DNA from: a virus | DNA: 64,000 nucleotides | Virus record (IMG/VR): IMGVR_UViG_3300028027_000002 | Coordinates: 1-64,000 of that record | Strand: one strand, 5' to 3' | In this document: piece after piece, positions 35,972 through 45,131 of the stretch | How positions within the stretch are numbered: the first letter of the stretch is position 1 | Layout: every line of letters begins with the position of its first letter | The notes under the pieces: model-generated | Told to the model about the DNA's origin: nothing | Databases searched by the model: none | The model's input: the letters and a program-made list of their open reading frames with translations, nothing else | Translations under genes and position numbers: made by a program

Positions 35972-37578
35972 TGAGTGAAGACAAAGAATTTTTTATTAGA
36001 GCAAAGACAGATACCCCACTTCCAGAGGATGATACTTTTACAAAGCAGGATCCATTTAATCAGTCTTGGGATGTAATAAAAGATTTGCAGGGACTTGACA
36101 GTAACTTTAAAAGAAGAACTTCTCGAATCATTAAAGGAGAAGCAACTCAGGCATACATGGACAGTTCAAGAGCAGACAGCGTTGGAATCAATGGAGCAAG
36201 ATCTAAAGAGATAAACTCAGGAACTGTATTTAGAAATGCTTATGGTTTGTTTGATGTTATTACCCCACCATGGAACTTGTATGAACTTGCAAGTTTCTAC
36301 GATACATCATTTGCTAACCATGCTGCAATTGATGCTAAAGTAGAGAACATTGTTGGACTTGGGTATGAGTTTAAAATTTCAAAAAGAACTATGCTTAAGT
36401 TAGAGGCATCTGAACCAAAGACTTCAGAAAATGCAAGAAAAAGAATTGAAAGAGCAAAGATTGAAATGACTGATTGGCTTGAGTCACTAAACGACGAAGA
36501 CTCATTTACAACAACCATGGAAAAGGTCTTTACTGATCTTCAGTCAACTGGTAACGCTTACCTTGAAATTGGCAGAACCACTCGTGGAGATATTGGATAT
36601 GTTGGTCATATCCCATCTACAACAATGCGTGTTCGTAGACTTCGTGATGGTTTTGTTCAGGTTATTGCAAACAAGGTTGTTTATTTCCGTAACTTTGGTG
36701 CAACGAATCCCAACCCGCTTGGAACAGATCCAAGACCAAACGAAATCATTCATTTTAAAGAATACTCACCTCTAAATACTTTTTATGGAGTTCCAGACAT
36801 CATGTCTGCAATTGGATCATTGCACGGAGATCAACTTGCGTCACAGTACAACATTGATTATTTCCAAAACAAAGCAACTCCAAGATATGTTGTAACTCTC
36901 AAGGGTGCAAAGTTATCTGCCGAAGCAGAGGACAAGATGTTTAGATTTTTGCAGACAGGGCTTAAGGGTCAAAATCACAGAACTCTTTATATCCCACTGC
37001 CAGGAGACTCTGATACCAACAAGGTAGAGTTTAAGATGGACCCTGTAGAAAATGGCGTTCAGGAAGCATCATTTAGAGAATATAGAAAGCAGAATAGAGA
37101 CGACATTCTTGTTGCTCACCAAGTTCCTCTTTCTAAGATTGGTGGATCTGACTCTTCAGCAATTGCTGCTGCGCTCTCACAAGACCGCACATTTAAAGAG
37201 CAGGTTGCAAGACCAGCACAGAGAAACCTTGAAAAGATGATCAATAAGATCATAAAAGAAAAAACAGATATTCTTGAGTTTAAGTTTAATGAACTTACAC
37301 TTACAGATGAAATTGCTCAATCACAGATTATCGAAAGACTTGTAAAGACTCAGGTAATGCTTCCAAATGAAGGTCGAGAACTTCTTGGTCTTCCGCAGAT
37401 AGAAGGTGGCAACGAGCCTTTTGATCCAAAGCCAGAACAAGCAGCAAACGATAATGCGGACAGAGCAAGGGATACTGAAAGAACTAACAACCAGTCTGAT
37501 GGACCAGCCACAGTAAGTGGAAGAAATCCAAAAGGTGAAGGTCGTAAAGTTGATGATGTGCCCGAAATGTCCAAATAG
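35971..37578 (+). CDS. Portal protein (HK97/PBSX family)
   Basis: TGNAYLEI, NEIIHFK..P...YGVP, HQVPLSKIG, PNEGRELLGL. Confidence 0.9.
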   Translation: MSEDKEFFIRAKTDTPLPEDDTFTKQDPFNQSWDVIKDLQGLDSNFKRRTSRIIKGEATQAYMDSSRADSVGINGARSKEINSGTVFRNAYGLFDVITPPWNLYELASFYDTSFANHAAIDAKVENIVGLGYEFKISKRTMLKLEASEPKTSENARKRIERAKIEMTDWLESLNDEDSFTTTMEKVFTDLQSTGNAYLEIGRTTRGDIGYVGHIPSTTMRVRRLRDGFVQVIANKVVYFRNFGATNPNPLGTDPRPNEIIHFKEYSPLNTFYGVPDIMSAIGSLHGDQLASQYNIDYFQNKATPRYVVTLKGAKLSAEAEDKMFRFLQTGLKGQNHRTLYIPLPGDSDTNKVEFKMDPVENGVQEASFREYRKQNRDDILVAHQVPLSKIGGSDSSAIAAALSQDRTFKEQVARPAQRNLEKMINKIIKEKTDILEFKFNELTLTDEIAQSQIIERLVKTQVMLPNEGRELLGLPQIEGGNEPFDPKPEQAANDNADRARDTERTNNQSDGPATVSGRNPKGEGRKVDDVPEMSK

Positions 37579-37616
37579 TGATACTTTAGCAAAAAAGGGT
37601 ATATAATATAATAACC

Positions 37617-38975
37617 ATGATTATCTCTAAAGCCAATTGGAATACAGATGGAGACAACCTCCGCCTATCTATGCCACTTACTAAGGTGGATAAAGAGCGT
37701 CGAATCGTTTCAGGATTTGCATCTCTAGACAATATTGATAAGCAAGATGATATTGTAACAGCAGAAGCATCAATGGATGCATTTGCAAAATTCCGTGGGA
37801 ACATTAGAGAAATGCACCAGCCATTAGCAGTAGGCAAGATGGTAGACTTTAAAGCAGAAAAGTATTTCGATCCAGAATCAAAGAAGTTTTATAACGGAGT
37901 ATTCGTATCCGCATATGTTTCAAAAGGTGCACAAGATACTTGGGAAAAAGTTCTAGACGGAACACTTGCTGGTTTTTCTATTGGCGGAAGAATGAACAAG
38001 TGGGATGATGCTTATGACGAGAAGTCAGATAAGTCAATCCGTGTTATTAAGCAGTATGATTTAGTTGAGTTGAGTCTTGTAGATTCCCCAGCAAATCAAT
38101 TTGCAAACATCGTATCTGTTGAAAAGGTAGATGGCGTAGATGTAATTAAGGCTGATGAAACAGTTTTAGAAAATGTATTTTATGATAAGGAAAATGGAAT
38201 AGTCCTTGCATCTGAAAATGAATCAGAGTTAAGCCCAATAACTGGTGAGCAAATGGAAAACATAGGTTTCGTTGAAAAAACGGATAACGAAAAACTAAAT
38301 ATGATAAAATTCTTAGTCGATAGTGCTAAAGGCATTAATACTTCTAAGATTAACAAGGAGGAAAACCTTATGGCAAAATCAACAAAAAACACAGTTGAAG
38401 AGATCGTTGAGAAATCTGATATTGCAGTTGAAGTAACAGAGGTCGCTCCAGAGGCAGATGCGAAAGCAGATGTAGTAGAGACTCCAGCAGAAGAAGTTTC
38501 AACAGAGAAGGCTGCGAAAGCACCATCTTCTGGCGAAGAAGATGCTGAAGAAGATGCTGCGGAAACTCCAGCAGATGAAGAGGCAGAGGCTAAGAAGCCA
38601 ATGGCTCCTAAGTCAGATGAAGTAGTTGTAGAAGCACCAGTTGCAGAAACAGTTACAGAAACAACTGATGGTCTTGAAAAAGCCTTTAGCGATCTAGTAG
38701 AAGTTGTCAAATCATTACAAACAGAGGTAGAACTTTTGAAGTCTACCAAGGTTGATATTGAAGTGGCACAAACATCATTTGAAGCAGTTGCAAAAGATAT
38801 TGCATCAGCAACAAGTGTATTTAATGAATTTGGTAAGCGTGTGGAACTTGTAGAGCAAGACACTGCTTTCCGAAAGTCTGGCGATCTCGGCGAGATAGTA
38901 CAGAATCAGCCTGAAACGGTTGAAAAATCCCTATGGGGCGGTAGTTTCCTCAAAACAGCCGACTTATTCAATTAA
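37617..38975 (+). CDS. Prohead protease with C-terminal scaffold domain
   Basis: IREMH, GFSIGG, ELSLVDSPAN; acidic and coiled-coil C-terminal half. Confidence 0.88.
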   Translation: MIISKANWNTDGDNLRLSMPLTKVDKERRIVSGFASLDNIDKQDDIVTAEASMDAFAKFRGNIREMHQPLAVGKMVDFKAEKYFDPESKKFYNGVFVSAYVSKGAQDTWEKVLDGTLAGFSIGGRMNKWDDAYDEKSDKSIRVIKQYDLVELSLVDSPANQFANIVSVEKVDGVDVIKADETVLENVFYDKENGIVLASENESELSPITGEQMENIGFVEKTDNEKLNMIKFLVDSAKGINTSKINKEENLMAKSTKNTVEEIVEKSDIAVEVTEVAPEADAKADVVETPAEEVSTEKAAKAPSSGEEDAEEDAAETPADEEAEAKKPMAPKSDEVVVEAPVAETVTETTDGLEKAFSDLVEVVKSLQTEVELLKSTKVDIEVAQTSFEAVAKDIASATSVFNEFGKRVELVEQDTAFRKSGDLGEIVQNQPETVEKSLWGGSFLKTADLFN

Positions 38976-39011
38976 AAAACAAATAAGTAAAAAATCACAG
39001 GAGGTGACAAT

Positions 39012-40160
39012 ATGTCGGAACAAAATATAGAAAAGAACCAGCCTGGAACATCAGGTAATCTTGGTGGAACAGCACCAGGACTGTATCAGGGACAAGGTGC
39101 ATTCGCATCAGGCTCAGACGCAGGTTCAAACGTACCAGGTAATTACACCGATGGTGGCGTGTTAGGAAATATCCCAACAGCACTATCAGGCGTTACATCT
39201 GGACCAAATGCAGTTAACCCTTCAGGTGAGGCTGGATCAGGTATCCTACGCCCAGAGCAAGCACGTCGTTTTATTGACTACGTGTGGGATGCAACCATTC
39301 TCGCCCAAGATGGCCGTCGCGTTACAATGAGAGCCAACACAATGGAACTCGAAAAGGTAAACGTCGGAGAGCGTGTAATTCGTGCAGCAGCGCAAGCAGT
39401 TGGCGACTACACAAACGCAGGTGCAACATTCTCAAAGGTTGAATTGACTACAAAGAAGATTCGTCTTGACTGGGAAGTATCTGCAGAAGCACTAGAAGAT
39501 AATATCGAAGGAGCAGCACTAGAAGATCACATTGTCCGTTTGATGACAAATGCTTTTGGTAACGATATCGAAGACCTTGCTATTAATGGTACAGGTTCAG
39601 GTAGCGATGCATTCCTTGGAATTATGAACGGTTTCGTAAACCGTGTTAAGACTGATGGAGATGCACATGAGTCTGTTGTAACAGTCGCTAATAACGCCTG
39701 GACACCAGAAGTTATGCAGAACATCATTCTAGCAATGCCACGTAAGTATCGTGCAATCAAGAACAATCTAAAGTTCTATGCTGGTACAGATGTATTCCAG
39801 GGAATCGTTAAGAATAACGGTACTTTGGCAGACGCAGTTGCTGAAGCATTTGCTTCACGTGCTGGTGGTACTCCAGGAAATCGTCAAGCATACCTTGATG
39901 GTGGAGCACAGACATTCGGTGGAGCACGTACAACACGTGTTCTCGGAGTAGACGTACAAGAAGTTCCTTACTACCCTGCAGGATATGTCGACTTGACATT
40001 CCCACAGAACCGTGTATGGGGATTCCAGCGTGACATCACTGTAAACCGTGAATACAAGCCAAAGAAGGATACTGTAGAATACACAGTCTTCGTTCGCTTC
40101 GGTCTTCAGTGGGAAGAGCAAGATGCAATCGCATTCGCTGACGCTGCATCAGATGCATAA
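39012..40160 (+). CDS. Major capsid protein (HK97 fold)
   Basis: GILRPEQARRFID, EALEDNIEG, AINGTG; position after protease. Confidence 0.9.
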   Translation: MSEQNIEKNQPGTSGNLGGTAPGLYQGQGAFASGSDAGSNVPGNYTDGGVLGNIPTALSGVTSGPNAVNPSGEAGSGILRPEQARRFIDYVWDATILAQDGRRVTMRANTMELEKVNVGERVIRAAAQAVGDYTNAGATFSKVELTTKKIRLDWEVSAEALEDNIEGAALEDHIVRLMTNAFGNDIEDLAINGTGSGSDAFLGIMNGFVNRVKTDGDAHESVVTVANNAWTPEVMQNIILAMPRKYRAIKNNLKFYAGTDVFQGIVKNNGTLADAVAEAFASRAGGTPGNRQAYLDGGAQTFGGARTTRVLGVDVQEVPYYPAGYVDLTFPQNRVWGFQRDITVNREYKPKKDTVEYTVFVRFGLQWEEQDAIAFADAASDA

Positions 40161-40180
40161 TCTGTAAACAGTACAATTTA

Positions 40181-40213
40181 GGGGGAGTAGGAGTTAGTTC
40201 TCCTGCTCCCCTT
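40181..40213 (+). terminator. Intrinsic terminator after capsid gene
   Basis: GGGGAGTAGGAG/CTCCTGCTCCCC stem. Confidence 0.7.
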
Positions 40214-40250
40214 ATTACTTATAATGATATAATACTAACAAGGAGGAATT

Positions 40251-40700
40251 ATGGAAAACATTAATGAAAATCCAATTGTAGAAGAAACAACATACGAATC
40301 ACCAGTTTTTGAAGCACCCGTTGTAGAAGAACCTGTTGTAGAAGCCCCAGTGGTTGAGCATGTAGAAGAAACTCCAATTGTAGAAGAGGCTGCTCAAGAA
40401 GTAGTTGAAGCACCTGCATACCAGGCACCTGAAGAAGTTCAGGCACTTGGATCAGTAGCAGCAGGAGTCATTGGAGCAACAACAGCACCAAAGGCAACTG
40501 AAAGAAAGAAGAGCGCAAAGGTTGCAGAGCCTAAAGAAACTGTAGCACTTTACTCAACAAAGAATGTAACATGGTCAGAGGTGGGTAAGGTCTATCGTGG
40601 CTATAACATTGTTAGCAAGGATGCTGCTGAAAAGTGGCTTACTCGTTCACACATTCGCATAGCAACCCCAGAAGAAGTTGCCAAGGAATTCGGTAAGTAA
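40251..40700 (+). CDS. Acidic E/P/V-rich hypothetical protein
   Basis: ORF, AAGGAGG SD, own promoter 40225-40233. Confidence 0.75.
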   Translation: MENINENPIVEETTYESPVFEAPVVEEPVVEAPVVEHVEETPIVEEAAQEVVEAPAYQAPEEVQALGSVAAGVIGATTAPKATERKKSAKVAEPKETVALYSTKNVTWSEVGKVYRGYNIVSKDAAEKWLTRSHIRIATPEEVAKEFGK

Positions 40701-40703
40701 TTC

Positions 40704-41624
40704 ATGGAGATATTGAGAGTTCCGCCATACGATGACATTGTTGTAAATTTTGTTGTACCTTCAGGGTACGAAGATGCAGATATTTACGCAAGGGTAACAG
40801 ATATGGCGGACCTTTCAGTACAAACTTTAGATTTTAATGGTTGGTCAACAGGTGATAACATAAACATATATCTTCCTGGAAGGTATGATAATAACTACAG
40901 AGTAGAGATTTTTACAATTGGCGAGGGTGAAGAATTAATTCACGAAGAGTACTACGAACTAGTTCGACCATATGTAGATCCAAACACATTAGGAACAACT
41001 GCATCAGAGATTGCAGAATATAAAATTTTAGAATTAGTAGCAAGATCCATGATAGACACATTTGTGCCAGAAGGATTTTATAACAAAAAGATAACAATAG
41101 TTGGAACTGGTAACGGATCAGATTACTTTTCTTTATGGGAAAAGGTTTACAGAATATTTAAGGTTTATGAGAACAATGTTTTAGTTTATGATAGATCAAA
41201 TCCAGACTTAGGTGACTATCAATATGCAATAACACCAGATAAGACTGCTATACAAAGAGTTCGTGCAGATGTGCTTGAGTTAAATAGGTATGAGTCAACA
41301 GCACAAAATCTACCAGTAGCAAGTGGAGACCTTGGCTACTATGGATACGAAGGAATATCTTTCCCGTCAGGATATGACTACACATTTGTTGTAGACCATG
41401 GATATTTGAATGTTCCTGACGATGTTGTGCATGCAGCCAAGTTATTAATTGAAGATCTTAAGTGTGGAAAGTTAGATTATTACAAGAGATACATAACAGC
41501 ATATAATACAGATCAGTTTAGAATTCAGTTTGATAAGGCAATGCTTGGCGGTACTGGTAACTTCTTAGTTGATAAGATACTTGACAAATATGTTAAGACC
41601 ATTGTCAAGCCAGGGATAATTTAA
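40704..41624 (+). CDS. Head-tail adaptor/connector-like protein
   Basis: GY..VPDDV..AA..LI motif; synteny. Confidence 0.6.
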   Translation: MEILRVPPYDDIVVNFVVPSGYEDADIYARVTDMADLSVQTLDFNGWSTGDNINIYLPGRYDNNYRVEIFTIGEGEELIHEEYYELVRPYVDPNTLGTTASEIAEYKILELVARSMIDTFVPEGFYNKKITIVGTGNGSDYFSLWEKVYRIFKVYENNVLVYDRSNPDLGDYQYAITPDKTAIQRVRADVLELNRYESTAQNLPVASGDLGYYGYEGISFPSGYDYTFVVDHGYLNVPDDVVHAAKLLIEDLKCGKLDYYKRYITAYNTDQFRIQFDKAMLGGTGNFLVDKILDKYVKTIVKPGII

Positions 41625-42070
41625 TGATATGCGAAGAGCCAGACTTTATATTCCCAATGCTTGCAGATGTCTATCATCCAATAGTTGAGCAGGGAGTTTA
41701 CGGTAACGTAGAAAAGACATGGATTCTAGATAGAACAATTGCCTGTTCTTTCGCACCAGCAGGCGGAGCATTTAAAGAAGAAGTAACTCCCAATGTAAAT
41801 ATAACACAAGATAAAATTCTTATTGGCAGAGCAAAGACAGACATAAGAATGTCAAGCCTTGAAGCAAAAAACTCAATTACAAATGTTATAGTTACAAACC
41901 TTAGAGACAAAAACTGTAACGAAATACACTTAGAAACATCTGGTCCCCGTGCAGGCAAGTCTACTATCTTTGAGATTGCAACACAAGATCCTTTCGTAGG
42001 TCCATTCGGTTCAACAGAGTATTACAAGTTAATCATAAGAAGGTCTGAGAATCAGGCGGTAGATGTATGA
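41624..42070 (+). CDS. Putative head closure (stopper) protein
   Basis: Size and synteny. Confidence 0.5.
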   Translation: MICEEPDFIFPMLADVYHPIVEQGVYGNVEKTWILDRTIACSFAPAGGAFKEEVTPNVNITQDKILIGRAKTDIRMSSLEAKNSITNVIVTNLRDKNCNEIHLETSGPRAGKSTIFEIATQDPFVGPFGSTEYYKLIIRRSENQAVDV

Positions 42071-42741
42071 TTAAAGTAAAGTTTAACAATAGACAGTTTA
42101 ATAAAGATATGAAAAACATTATTGATTACTCAACTGGTTTTGCCGAAGGGATACAAAAAGGTAAAAAAGATTTTCTTAATAATCTAGGTGCTGACGTATC
42201 AGAAATAGCCTCACAGTTCATTGATACAAATGCTAGAGTGTCTCCAGATACCCTGCATCACGTATACGAGTGGTATAAAAACGGTAGCCCAGAAGCAAGA
42301 CTATTTGACATACAGTATACAGTTAGCAACATAGGGCTTTCTTTTATATCACAGTTTAAACAATCTAACTCAGTTAAAGAAGGGTCTAATGAACCTTTTC
42401 GTGATAAGGCTATAATCATGGAAACTGGTACTTCTGTCGTAATAAGGCCACGTAATGCAGAGGCTTTAAGGTTTGAAGTTGATGGACAAATAGTTTATAC
42501 AAAGAACCCAGTTGTTGTTCAGAATCCAGGTGGAAACACTCAGGGAGAGTTTGAAAAAGCATTTGATATGTTCTTTAGTAGATATTTTACTCAAGCATTT
42601 TTAAATAGTGGGAATCTTAAACAGTACTTTGAGAACCCATCAGTATACAAGAAAAACTTAGGAAAGGGCAAGCGTGGCGGAAGATCAACTGGTATTTCTA
42701 CAGGGTATCGTTGGGTCGCTAATGCTTCGGTGGCATCATAA
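42067..42741 (+). CDS. Putative neck / tail completion protein
   Basis: Synteny; IRPRNAEALRFEVDG..V..PG motif. Confidence 0.5.
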   Translation: MIKVKFNNRQFNKDMKNIIDYSTGFAEGIQKGKKDFLNNLGADVSEIASQFIDTNARVSPDTLHHVYEWYKNGSPEARLFDIQYTVSNIGLSFISQFKQSNSVKEGSNEPFRDKAIIMETGTSVVIRPRNAEALRFEVDGQIVYTKNPVVVQNPGGNTQGEFEKAFDMFFSRYFTQAFLNSGNLKQYFENPSVYKKNLGKGKRGGRSTGISTGYRWVANASVAS

Positions 42742-43280
42742 TGACAGAGCCTTTATCAACTTTAAATACACCAGTTTTATGGATTAATAAATACCTTCAA
42801 GAAAAGATTGAAGAATTTGCATCTAATGGGGATCCAATAGCATTTTTCCCAACGTCCCCGTCAACAATAGATCAGTTGACACAAAGTTTTCCAGATGGGG
42901 GAGGAGCCTTTTGTGTATATGACAGAATGTTTAGAATGCGTAGAGGACCCTTTCCTCATATCAAATGTGAGCAAATATTGTATTATTTTTATGCACAGGG
43001 TAGTGCCCCAACAGTACAAATGCTTAAGATACAGGAGTCAGTTCTTAGATTGATGGACCGTGGAGATGAAACTGCTGAAGACATAAATGCCTGGGCCAGG
43101 GATAAGACTTTTGACGGTATGACATGCAAGTTCTATTTTCACAACTTTAAGATTTACCAACTAGAAGAAGCAAGAGACATAGTCGATTTTGGAACAGCCC
43201 GAACATATGCGGGTAACAAAATAATTATTGACTACGACTATCATCAAAGACAAGATATTATAGACTCAGTAAACGCTTAA
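42741..43280 (+). CDS. Putative tail terminator protein
   Basis: Synteny before tail tube gene. Confidence 0.45.
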   Translation: MTEPLSTLNTPVLWINKYLQEKIEEFASNGDPIAFFPTSPSTIDQLTQSFPDGGGAFCVYDRMFRMRRGPFPHIKCEQILYYFYAQGSAPTVQMLKIQESVLRLMDRGDETAEDINAWARDKTFDGMTCKFYFHNFKIYQLEEARDIVDFGTARTYAGNKIIIDYDYHQRQDIIDSVNA

Positions 43281-43350
43281 AAAAGGGCTGTATAATTAAC
43301 TTGAGGAAACAAGCCCTTTTAATCCAAAAGAAAAAAAAGAGGTGAAAAAT

Positions 43351-43995
43351 ATGGCATATACACGTGGTAGCAGCAACAATATTATTGTTGGAGCAGCAGC
43401 CCTCTTCACACATGAAGACGGCGTACTAACAGAAGCAGCCCTTCCAGGTTACGTAGCAGGAGACTCTTTCAAGGATACCCTTGAAGCAGATGCTGATTTC
43501 CGTAACATTGGTTACACAATGAATGGTTTGGAAATTCAATTCCAGCCAGACTTTGGTGAGGTTGCAGTAGATCAGGTTCTTGACGTTGCTAAGTTGTTCA
43601 AGCAAGGCATGCAGGTAAACCTAAATACTACATTCGCAGAATCAACACTAGAGAATCTTCTATTTGCATTAGCAGGTAAGGATTCAGATCTAGGTGCAGT
43701 ATCAGGAACAGGACTAGGTGCAGGCTCTGCATCACTTAACCTTTCAGCAGGAGACATTGGCGAATGCCCAGTCGAACGTGGTTTGGTTGCAGTTGGTCCA
43801 GGAACTGGAGATTGCGAAGCAGGATCTTCAATCGAAAGAATCTATGTAGCATACCGTGCACTTTCAATCGAAAGCGTATCAGTATCTGCAAAGAGAGACG
43901 AAGCGACAATGTTCGAAGTATCATTCCGTCTTCTTCCAAACGATAACGCATCATACGGTAAGATCGTAGATCGCACTATCCCAGCAGGCGCATAA
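43351..43995 (+). CDS. Major tail (tube) protein
   Basis: NIIVGAA, IGYTMNG, VDQ, AESTLENL motifs; GAGGTG SD. Confidence 0.8.
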   Translation: MAYTRGSSNNIIVGAAALFTHEDGVLTEAALPGYVAGDSFKDTLEADADFRNIGYTMNGLEIQFQPDFGEVAVDQVLDVAKLFKQGMQVNLNTTFAESTLENLLFALAGKDSDLGAVSGTGLGAGSASLNLSAGDIGECPVERGLVAVGPGTGDCEAGSSIERIYVAYRALSIESVSVSAKRDEATMFEVSFRLLPNDNASYGKIVDRTIPAGA

Positions 43996-44017
43996 TACAA
44001 CTTAATATATACAGTTT

Positions 44018-44046
44018 AGCCCAGGCCCTAAAAAGTCTGGGCTTTT
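44018..44046 (+). terminator. Intrinsic terminator after tail tube gene
   Basis: AGCCCAGG/TCTGGGCT stem plus T run. Confidence 0.7.
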
Positions 44047-44062
44047 CTGTTATACTATATAT

Positions 44063-44746
44063 ATGGCAACAACTGTATATAATACAAAAAATATTGTTCT
44101 ACAAGACGGGGTAGAGATAGAACTGTCTCCATTAAAAATAAAATATCTTAGACAACTAATGGATAACTTTGATGAGGTTAGAAATGCACAAGGAGATCTT
44201 GAGGCAATCGTAGCCCTATCAAAGTGTGCAAGAATTTGTATGAAGCAATTTAGACCAGAGATTACTCAAACACAAGAGATGCTAGAAGAATATGTTAACT
44301 TACAGGACATCTATGACATTCTAGACATAACTGCTGGTATTAAGATTAATGATAAATCAGAAGAGCCAGTAAAAAAACAAGCAGTTGATAGTGGTTCATC
44401 TTGGGAAGAACTTGACCTTGCAAAGTTAGAGTCTGAAGTATTTTTGCTGGGGATTTGGAAAGACTACGAAGAACTAGAAACATCACTATCCATGCCAGAG
44501 TTAATGATAACCCTATCTATTAGCAGAGAGTTAAACTACGATGAAAAGAAATTCCTTGCAGCGATGCAGGGTGTAGACCTAGACAAAAATGCTGAAAAAT
44601 CCAATGCCTGGGAAGAAATGAAAGCCAGAGTGTTTAGTGGTGGTCAAGCATCTAACTCAAAAGACATTGTTGCACTGCAAGGATATAACGCAACAAGGGC
44701 TGGATTTGGAATTGGAATGGGCTTAGACTACGAAAAAGTAGACTAA
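44063..44746 (+). CDS. Tail assembly chaperone, long (GT-like) form
   Basis: Between tube and tape measure; N-terminal half homologous to next gene. Confidence 0.65.
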   Translation: MATTVYNTKNIVLQDGVEIELSPLKIKYLRQLMDNFDEVRNAQGDLEAIVALSKCARICMKQFRPEITQTQEMLEEYVNLQDIYDILDITAGIKINDKSEEPVKKQAVDSGSSWEELDLAKLESEVFLLGIWKDYEELETSLSMPELMITLSISRELNYDEKKFLAAMQGVDLDKNAEKSNAWEEMKARVFSGGQASNSKDIVALQGYNATRAGFGIGMGLDYEKVD

Positions 44747-44794
44747 AAACACGCCTGTTTATGGTATAATTAAACAACTACAATGGAGGAAATC

Positions 44795-45118
44795 ATGGTT
44801 AAAGAAGTAGAAAACAAGAATCAACTGTCCCTTATAGACGGAACAAAGTTTGAGATTAAGCCACTAAAGATATCTCTACTTAAGCCTTTTATGGAGAACT
44901 TTGCTAAACTGCAAGAAGTTGCAGATGATAATAGCAAGTCAATGGATGTTCTTATTGATTGCGTACAAATTGCATTTAAACAATACTTGCCTGCAATTGC
45001 AGACAACAGAGAGGCGATTGAGGAAAATCTAGATCTTCCTACAGTCTACAAGATCATTGATGCTGCTTCAGGAATGCAACTTTCTGATGCAACAGGTCTT
45101 CTAAACTCAATCAAGTAA
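44795..45118 (+). CDS. Tail assembly chaperone, short (G-like) form
   Basis: Paralog of the 44063 N-terminal domain; GGAGG SD. Confidence 0.65.
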   Translation: MVKEVENKNQLSLIDGTKFEIKPLKISLLKPFMENFAKLQEVADDNSKSMDVLIDCVQIAFKQYLPAIADNREAIEENLDLPTVYKIIDAASGMQLSDATGLLNSIK

Positions 45119-45131
45119 AGAGGTGTGCTGA

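Noticed and set aside
38180-38863. 227-aa antisense ORF in the protease gene (also 61124..61786, 49040..49540 and similar)
   Set aside because: Ser/Thr-rich mirror of the sense-strand codon bias; no initiation signals
44063-45131. Programmed -1 frameshift between the chaperone genes
   Set aside because: Genes are separated by a stop, a spacer and a new promoter, and the long form is already a single ORF
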